Shown here: positions 50,667-64,000 of the stretch, piece after piece | Layout: each line of letters opens with the position of its first letter | Position numbering within the stretch: position 1 is the stretch's first letter | Assembly (NCBI GenBank): GCA_039545335.1 | Contig: BCIN01000002.1 | Coordinates: 2,094,484 to 2,158,483 of the forward strand | Source of the DNA: Kondoa subrosea | Lineage: Eukaryota | Direction of reading: 5' to 3' | DNA: 64,000 nt | Made by a program: the position numbers and the translations under genes | Notes under the pieces: model-generated | The model's input: the letters and a program-made list of their open reading frames with translations, nothing else | What the model was told of the DNA's origin: nothing | Databases searched by the model: none

Positions 50667-53345
50667 ATGAGCTACCCTTCTGGTGCTTCACCACCTTCTC
50701 CTTATGGTCAACCATCAGGCTCAGCCCGACCGCCATCCAATAGAACGAATCAGCCTACACCAGCACCGACAACTCGCAAGGATGATGCGACCAGCAAAGA
50801 GGCTAAAGTCGATCAGATCATCCAGGTCAGCTTCAGTATCTGTATTCAGTACTGTAATAACTCACCTAGAATGAATGCAGCATCTTTACTCAAAGACCGC
50901 GCAAGTTATTGTCGAAGGCCGACTGTCGCACTTTGACGATCTGGTCTCCTCTTCTCGCAAAGTTTCCAGCTCCAGTGCTTCTTCGAGGCGAGCGAGTGTA
51001 GGGCAAGCACCGATAACGGGATCATTCACCAAGAAGATTGACAAATGGGTCAGTACCCCTCCTAATGTGACACTATTGTGTAGCTCATGCACGTCTTCTC
51101 GATACAGTTCAATCTTGAAATAGAAGAGACAGACATCTTCCGGGACGAATTGAAACTATGGCGGTCCGCTTCAACTCATCTTTCGACTCTGGGCTCTCTT
51201 CCTACAATGCTTATCGATGTAATCCTAGACACATCTGAACTTTCTGTCAATCAAGCGCTGGTACTACATGACTCTACTGGTCGACGCAGTCGAGTCAATT
51301 TGAAACCTTCGACAACCGGGTCCGGATCAGCTAATATTGTTCTCGAAAGATGGTCTCTTAGTCTACTGCCTGCTCCTCCTGCTGATCCACCTGAACTTCC
51401 TGGACTATACAAACAAGGCATTGTCATCTTTCGAGCTCTCTATGCCTTGCTACGAAGTCTACCTTCATACCCGTTGAGCAAGAAACTTCGGACCAGAATA
51501 GGCGGGACGGGAATGGGAGGTCTGAAGATCGCTTTGAGGATAGCATCATCTACGTCGGGAGAATCGTCAGACGAAGATCTGAAGACCAACCCAACTCGAG
51601 TTAAAGAATTGGATCTAGATACTCCTCTGAGTGAAGATCCTGCTTCTGCAAACAGTCAAGTCTTCACTTTCGCTCCTGTTCATACACCTATCGGTAGTCT
51701 GTTTCTCGAATGCAAATATCGTTCTGTAGCAGATTTTGGGGTCGAAGATATTGAAGCTTTATTGAGCTCTAGATTCTTCGACGAGGACTTCTTTCGTCCT
51801 ACTCTTTTATCCAAAGGAAAACAAGCTGGATCATTACCTGAAGCTAGTCAGAAGATTGAAGCGAAACCTTCAACATCTTACGGGTCGAATCTTAGTTTGG
51901 CTAAACCCAGTATGCGTAGACAATTGTCTCAGCAATCGCAGAAGAAAGAAGAAGTCATAGAGGAAGATGATGCTGAAGGAGCGTTTGTCACAAGTTCAAG
52001 TAGATTGGCGAAAGGGAAACAACCTGAATCAATCGCTATGGACTTACCCGTTCGAAGACCGTCTGTTGGAGGCGCGCATCCTTTCAAAGGTGTTTCACCT
52101 TCTGGCGGCTCACCATTTCGACCGTCTTCATTACCGTCGACTTCTCCCATACCTTTTCCTCAACAGCCAGATGCCTTTTCAACGTACTATACTGGCCCCT
52201 CCGCTTCTTTTCAAAGACTATCTTCCAGTCCAAACTTTGGTCCTTCCTCTTCTTTGAGATATACCTCTCTTTCTCGCGGTTCGCACGAGCCTCATTCTGC
52301 TCTTTCCGGTAGTCCATCTTCTCGACCCCAACCCATTCAACGCTATTCCAGCGCAAGATACGCTCGATCTTTTGGTCACAGTTCTGGCGGATCAAGTGAA
52401 GCTCCTTCGCCTGCTTATGGTCCAGATTCGATCGGGAGAAGGGCGAGATTAGGTTCTACTGCCAGTGGAGGCATTGTCCCGTCGCCCTCCTCGTCTACTA
52501 GAGCTCCGCCTCAAGATAGTGAAGATATCAACTCTTTCTTGGCGATGATCGACTCTCGTCCAACGTTACAAAGGGAGAATATTGCGAAATCAGCAATCTT
52601 ATCTCGATCGCAAGCGGATGAAAGACTAAGAATGTTAGCTGGTAGCGTATACAGAGAAGGCGAAGAGATAGGACAAGGGCAATCTGGACAGCAAAGAACA
52701 GCTTCGCACAACTCGGCAAGCGAAAGTATAAGAGAACGAATGCATCGCTATTCGATAGAAGAAGAGCGGCCTTCGGATGAAGTACTCAGTATTTCACCTG
52801 CTCAATTACCTTTACCTATTTCCTACGCGACAAGTCCGCATTCTGCTGCTTCTTCAGCTTCTCCTCAACTTCCAAGTCATTTGCAACCTTCTTCTTATCC
52901 TCGAATGAGCCAACATCGGCCTTTAAATATACAGGCTGGGTTTCAAACAGCTGTTTCTGCTTCCACATCACCACAAACCCGGACAACGGTTAGCACAAGA
53001 CCTTCGTTTCCTCGCTACATTTCAAGCAAAGATCGAAGATCCACGAGCGAGCAAGGTGGCCCTCAATCAAGTGGCATATCAATCCCTGCAGCTCCTTCGC
53101 ATCGAAGTCCTGTCTTATACGATTCAAGCGATGGAGCTATAGGTCAACTAGAATTTTCGGATGAGCAGCAAACAATGTTTCCTGTTCAATTGGGCGCTGA
53201 TTCGACTACTCTGGCCGCAATGCAGGCTTTACCGCCAAGCAGAGAACCAAGTACGACTAGAAGAGGTGGGTATTGGGCTGCACAAAGGGAGAAAGAGGAA
53301 GATCAAGTCAGTGAACAAGTTAGTGAAAGTAGTTCTGATCCGTAA
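50667..53345 (+). CDS. ATG13: Autophagy protein Atg13
   Basis: HORMA-like N-terminus (KVDQII..LYSKTAQVI, DKWFNLE, VLERW, LYKQGIVIFRALYALLRSLP) followed by a long Ser/Pro-rich disordered tail. Confidence 0.9.
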
Positions 53346-54223
53346 CCAACATTTTTTTGGGGGTTTGTATTTATATATCAAGATAGCAGAATTTCCGCAT
53401 TGTATATAAAATTGGCACAGCTCTCATTAGAATTTCCTGATCGCATTGTTTGATCAACGAGCTGAGCGAATGAGTAACATTGAGCTGCAAATGCATGCTT
53501 CATGTTGTTGGCATATATATATAAATACATGATTTGCTCCGCTATCTGTCAGAATGCGGTCAGCAAAGCGCATAAATGCACTTTTGCAAATACTTTACTG
53601 ACCTGTTTCTTTATGACGAGGTAGCTTCTTCAGCAGTTGAAGCAACCTTAGCGGTCTCCGCATCCTTTTGCGCTGCAGTTGGAGTAGTGTTCGACCCAAC
53701 TGCCAGCGGAATCATTAGATCGACACGGTAGCATAGAAGAGCAGGTCAATGCTCACGGTCTGAATCTGAGATATCGCTCTTCTTTCTGGAAATGACTGAT
53801 ACATGAATCATGATGTAAGAGCCTTGCGAGCAGAAGCTTACAAGGAATCCTGCCAAAACCGTTCACGTCAAAATATAGTAATCAAATGCTAGTCATGTAA
53901 ACACACGATAGTCGCTTGTGAGGCTTCCTTCTGAGCATCAGGTACTTCATCAGAGTTGATAAGGCGTTCGTGTGACTTGACTGTGCAGCGCGAACAAAGA
54001 ATGAGTCTCGAGAGAGCGGAAACAAATAATGGGGACTCGCTGGCCTCTTCGACGCTACAGCAGGAAGCATTCAGCAGATACAAAAGAGAGACTGGCAAGC
54101 CATGCGCACTGGGAGGGAGTAGAAGACATGATGCGACGTGGGTTGGTTGAGTGTAAAGAATGCTCAATGATGAAATACAAGAAAGATATCCTCAATGCGA
54201 GCTATATGACACATGATATGTAC

Positions 54224-58290
<4,067 letters not shown>

Positions 58291-59229
58291 GATCGCTTGT
58301 TTTGCCAAAGATCAAAGAGACCAAGAAAGTGGAAGGCAAGGCAGATAATTCTACAGGCCAATACGTGCAGCTGGAAAGCAAACTTTGAGCATTTGCGAGG
58401 CAGACCACTTGCCGACGAACAAACAGAGGACGGTCACAGCTCGCAATCTCTTGCCTTTGGCTTCAGTGCATACGATGTTACAGCTAGAGGCGCTATGGCT
58501 GAAGAGTTGAGCAGACGGACCGCCAGCGCTTCGCCGTAAGCAGAAGAGCTTGGTTGCGAAATTGGAGAGACTGTCTGTCAACGGCCAAAGGCATGGACTG
58601 GTGTGATGTGCTTTGCTCCCGATCTATGTTACTTGTCTAACCATTTTATGCTTTTCTTGTGCTCTTTCCATCTGCTCCTCCTCGCTTGATGTGCGTTCTC
58701 GTGCTCGAAGCGTTAATTCTTGTGCTTGTCCCCTGACTTTCCCTGCCTGCTGACATCCCCATCTGATCTTCATCTTTGAGGCTGCGAGCTCTATTTTGGC
58801 AGCTACAGAACCGCTGCCTCTTCTTGTTGTAGAAATATCGTTGCTCATCAGTTATTGTTGAAATGCTCGGCTGTCGTTTGCCGCTTTGCCTCGAGCCCGC
58901 ATCACCTAGCTGTAGTGTACTGCGCCTCCATGCTTGAAAGAAACTTCGTTAACTGAACTGACCTTCATCTGGGATGTGAGATCTGGGATCAAAAAAGTCA
59001 CGATATGATTCAGCTATGCTTTTGATATCTTTCGTCGCAGACATTGTTGCAAGCGATTTTACACGGAGCAATGATGTTTGGATTTTGCGTGCAAGCAAGA
59101 AGAGAAATGCAAGTCGCATCAAAGTAAAACCATCTTCTGTCGGATGGTTCGGAATTGGCTACAGACAGTTATCTCCTAAGTCCGAGCGTTCATGTCCTCA
59201 TGCTGTCACTGAGAATCTGGTGAGAGAGC

Positions 59230-60971
59230 ATCGAAGGGGTGATACTCGCTTGAGAGATAGCTTCATCCGCACATTCGTAGTGGGATCTGGCAGCTGGTCA
59301 GATCCTGTTCAGCCCATTGTCAGGTCTACAGTCGATGATGCCACAACATAGCATGAGATGAAAGAGCGGGTTCGACCGATAGCCAAAGCGAGAGAGTTGT
59401 CGCATAGTTTGCAACACCGAGTTCTGGGCCGCAAAAGAGCATACGCTGAATGCTGGAGCAGGACAATACCCTGAGCCAGTAGCACAATCAAAGCTTGAGA
59501 CTTGAACCAAAGCATTATCAACGAGATTCTGCTTAAGTAGAGCAAACTTGAGCAAGATGGAGGAGACCAACGAACTTGAGCTTGGTCTAGGCAATCCAAA
59601 GGGACAATTGACAGCGCGCATCAAGATTGGCATATTGCAAAAGACATGCACGGTTGTCAACGGGAGAGTCAGAACGAGCAGTCTCACGCGCAGACATAAT
59701 GCACGTATTTTGCACAAAGCAGACCGACTATCTACTCATCTTACAGTGATCCAAGAACATCCCAAAAGAAACGATGCAAAATCCGAGACTTGATGCCTCA
59801 AGGAGTGTGGCCAAAGTACGATTGGGGTTGATGTGGTACTTGCTGATAGGACAGCTGACTGACTGGCGGCGAGTGATTCCACTGAGGTTTGTTTGGTGAT
59901 GGAGGATTACCAGAGGGAGAAGGGAAGGCGTTAGCTGCGGCCTGATTCGCTTTTTCGTCCGGCTGGTATATGAATGCAAACAGCATGATGGCTGCGGTCC
60001 AGAAAATTGACAAGTTGCCTCTGCATCTCATCATCAGCAAAATTAGACGAGCTCGAAGAAACCTCTTACAATCCAGCACCCAGTGCTGCAAGTAATTGCA
60101 GAGGTGGTTTCCTTCGATGAACGCAGCTCTTGCAGCTATAATTGACCAGGAATCTGCGATTGTTCAGGTCGCTTCCAGCGAGAGTCTGAGCGTAAACAGC
60201 AGCACTCTGCATGCCAGCAGAAAGGGTTCTGATCGCCGCGACTCCGCTTGTCGATGAGATAGGAAAGCCGCCAAGGGTAGTGCCAATGCTCATATCGACT
60301 AAGGACTGGTCGAAAGGTGCTTCTAGAATGCCAGCCGGGAGATTAGGAACTTGAGTATAGTTTTTGAGCGTTATTGACAGAATGTTGCCTGCAGAACTGC
60401 CGAGAATCGATGAAGCATTGGCTCCACTGTCCGCAAGGAATAGAATCAGCCTTTCTGTCTAATTCCCAGGCCAGATACGAACATGTATGCCAGAATGTTG
60501 TCATAATTGTCAAACAGTTGGACAAATCCGCCCAACGAACCCAGTGTCGTTTGTGTGCGTTGCGAATCGATTAAGGAGCACCTAACAAGCTGTTAGCAAT
60601 CCTGTAAAAGTGTTGCAGGAGACCTCTCTCACGTAACCCTCAGATCGTCACCGCAGTACCAACAAGTTTGAGTGGTGGACGAGCTTGAATCAAGACGAAG
60701 AGTTATGTAAGTGAAGAACAGATGACACTGAAACGTTGAAGAAGTATAATTGAGAGATTGCCGTGAATAGTCGATTTGCGCGTTCGGGCTGCCATCTCCA
60801 AAACCACCAAGGAGCCATGGAAAGATCCCAATGCTTGTCAACGATTGACCAGATGTTTGCACAGTATTCTCCGAGACCAGATTGGGTCTGGTGTAATAGC
60901 TCGAGCCGAACAGAAGATTTGCGCCAGAGCAATTTTGTGCGTTGTAAGTCAACGACGGTGCATATGAACAT
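59230..60971 (-). CDS. Hypothetical multi-exon membrane/secreted protein
   Basis: Series of protein-like minus-strand ORFs with intron-like gaps; boundaries uncertain. Confidence 0.35.
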
Positions 60972-61528
60972 TCATCTTCAAAGCCGTTGAAGAAATAATA
61001 AAAGACAAGAATGCCGGCAGCCGCACAGAACTGTATGCAAAAGCTTTATCAGATTAAATCATGCTCGTCCAATAACAAGAACTTGCACCCAGAGTTCCTA
61101 GAACCAAGCTGACCTGCTCACTCTTATAAACTTTTTGCTTTCAATCCCGTGATAAGGACACTCACGCCTGTGGTGAATGGATCACTTCTCGGTGCCTGCA
61201 CTCTCAAGATTTTCTTCCAAGGAATTCTCATTCGTCTTCTTTCTCTGCTTGTGCTTGTACTGGAGAAAGCGTAGGAGCAATGAGCTGATCGTGAGAGCCT
61301 CTCCGCAATGTCTCTCGTCAAGGTTCCCGCGCGTTATTGCGTGGATTCGTGGATTGCTTTGCCGTCCGGTGCATTACATGATTGCTGTCTCTCCCTCTTT
61401 CTGTTTCCTCCGTCCAAAGCTTCAACCTAGCCCGGCTCCGCGCAGGCCTCTCATCGTCGAGATTGTCGGCAATCTTTTGTCCCGTTCTCTTTCGCGACTA
61501 GTCTCTTGGACCTGAACACAGCAGCAGG

Positions 61529-64000
61529 ATGAGACCGTCTTTGATGTCCTTCACATGTACGTAGTTCCTCAAACAAGATTGCAGAGACTGCGCTTATTCA
61601 TTATTATATAGTCCTTTTGGTTTTCTCCGCACAAGCAATGGTAGTTCCCCGACAAGCGAGCGATTCATCTGATGGACCTCCATCGCCAACTTCACCAGAA
61701 GCACAGACTTCTGCGCAAGAAGGGTCGACGCTCACCAAAGCTAGTTCATCTGTCACGGAGCCAGTCAAAAAGTTCCCTTCCAGCTCGACTGCTCCTGCAA
61801 GTTTCAAGAAGACAGATACTTCTACCGCAGACACTGTTCAATCTCCTGCAAGTAGCAGCACTACATCTAGTACCGGCTCCACCACTGAAACTTCAAGCAT
61901 CTCTACTTCTACTTCCAGCTCTCTTTCCTTTGACATATCTTCAGGTTAGTCCATCCCTTGTCTGCAAGCGGGGTTCGTCGTTAAATCAATGATCTTAGGA
62001 ACCACAACTGCATATCAGATCACCTCGGCTGCAGCTTCAATGACGACGGATGTTTCTCCAGTTGGTGAGTTGCAAAAGAGCTTTGCGGAGCCAACTGATC
62101 AATCGTCTAGTGACTTCTGCTGCTCCAAGCGGAACGACATCCGCCGGTACTAATTCAACTGCGCCTCTGACCGCGGGTCAGCCATACAGTGAAGAAGATC
62201 TTCAGAGCTGTAGAGATCCAGGGTAGAACTTTGATCCTGAGGCGATCTCGTACTGACGACTTGCGCTTGATAGGGATTCTATCAATGCAGCCTGTCAACA
62301 AGCGATAGATCAATGCTTCGCAGACTACCGAAACGCTTCTGATCAGACATATGCCAACTGCGCCTGTACACCCCAACAGATCGGCTATGAGCTGGATTGT
62401 GTTACTGATTTCACAGTCTCCTTTCCAAATGACACGCAATGTGATCCTCAACAAGGCTCTGATATTTATTAGTATGTTTTTGTTTTGCGTAGTTTGCCCA
62501 ACCTGGCACCTTCTTGACAGCCAATGTAATCTTTGCGAGCCTGGCACGACTATTGGTGATTGCGCGGATGAAGTGGCCGCTCGAAGCAATAGTCAGATAG
62601 CATCTGGCTTGGGCTTTTTGAGTAAGATGGGCTCCGTTGTCTCTTCGCAGCTCACTTTGCACGATGTAGTAATAGAGGAAGGAGGCGATGGACAACCGCG
62701 TCCGTATCGTTCTGATAGACGGTGAACAGACTGACCATGTCGCATGCAGCGGTCGGCAGTTCCATAGATTGCAGGCAAAGCTGTAACGGTCTTATGACGG
62801 CGACTGACCCAAAAACATTCTGTAATTTTGCTGACCAGATTTCTAAGTAAGTCTTAAGTAATGGCTCGTTATTCTTTTGCTCACTTTGACATAAGATGCC
62901 ACGACAACTGGTAGGTGATGCTGTCTTTAGGCCGACAGACTATTCTCACAATTGATGCGCATGCAGCCCAAGCATGACATGGCCTCTCCCAACGAATTGG
63001 TACAGCAGTGAGTCCGGTGTCTGAGGATTGCTTCAATCTGACGTCTGATATAGGCGCCCTCTCTTTCGTCGCAACCAAGTGCGCGAGTCTCGGTAAGTGG
63101 GATGCATGGTCTCGCTTGATGTCAGCTTACAGCAATACGCAATGAGCAGGAAGCTCTTCTCCACCGGCAAATGCAAATGGAGGTAGAGACCGCGCTTTGT
63201 TGAGGCAGAAACATAGCTAAACCTGTCCCCTAGGTTCGACCGGCAACAGTGGCTCAAATGCGGGCGGCACAAGTATTGCTGGACCTCTGCGGCGGCGAAA
63301 TTTAGCTGATCTCGCCCTACAGATTCATCCGCAGGTGGTACAAGCCCAAATTCCAACAGCGGCTCGAACAGCGGCACAAGTCAATCTGGCGGGACTGGTA
63401 GTAATGGTACGCCAGGAGGTATGCATTCACTTTTAAGTCAGCTTTCGGGAGCATGCATTCTCATGCATCTTGCAAATCAGGAGATTCCGCTTCCGGAGGA
63501 CAAGCTCCCGTCATTATTCAGCCAGCTAGTGGCGGAGGAGCTCCGATTACATTGAAACCGGTCGTCGTCGAGCAAGGTGGACGTACTATCACAGCTTGTG
63601 TCAATCCTTCAGCAAGCATCAACGGCAGACCAGTGGCATTCATTCCTCAATCAATCACCTCGAATGGTGCCGTTCAGACTGTCTACCAAGGCGTAGTACC
63701 AGTACAAATCTCAACAACAGTCAATGGCGTAGCTACGGTCATTCAAGCTTCAAGAACTGTCGTTGTAAACAGCGTTGGTAGTACCCTGACCAATATCGGA
63801 TGTCAGTGAACTCACTCAGAGTATGTTGCTCCTTTTACTGATGAATTGCTTGGCAGCACAATTGACCTACACTCCTTTGGACTCTATTCCGATCGCTACA
63901 GCATTACAAACGACATCTACCGGTTACAGTATCATCAGCAACACTACCTCTTCAGCTCGGAAACTCGGTTCCAGCTCACTCTTTTACGTCACCATCGCTT
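61529..64000 (+). CDS. Putative secreted Ser/Thr-rich, Cys-containing cell-surface protein; runs off the window
   Basis: Hydrophobic leader then VVPRQ, S/T-rich exons, Cys-rich exons (CQQAIDQC...CAC) and a Thr/Val-rich tail. Confidence 0.5.

Noticed and set aside
53610..54100. Possible small spliced minus-strand gene between ATG13 and BUR1
   Set aside because: Short protein-like fragments exist, but I could not build a consistent exon chain.

Overview
Gene-dense, intron-rich fungal DNA, most likely from a basidiomycete (short ~45-65 nt GT-AG introns with CTRAC-type branch points). It carries mostly conserved housekeeping genes: VPS18, ERG4, UBR1, TRS33, BET1, a DM9-repeat protein, SF3B2/CUS1, RPN14/PAAF1, GPI2, MBF1, EthD, SPP2-like, ArfGAP, GNAT, SPC25, a BRCT-WGR protein, ATG13 and a BUR1-like CDK, plus several orphan genes. 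The standout is a complete, apparently very young Ngaro-type tyrosine-recombinase retrotransposon at 14495-20739, arranged A1-gag/RT-RNaseH-YR-B1-A2-spacer-B2. It sits without a target-site duplication after codon 19 of a host ORF. Its 507-bp A repeats contain spliceosomal introns. Just downstream of A1 is a tandem copy of the leader (15150-15467) with those introns precisely removed, which amounts to a genomic cDNA record of the element's own spliced mRNA. All upstream ATGs of the leader lie inside the introns. The RT frame overlaps gag for ~1.58 kb, YR starts at a TGATG stop-start junction, and a possible fourth, spliced ORF runs through B1-A2. Exon boundaries of host genes were read by eye and are approximate.
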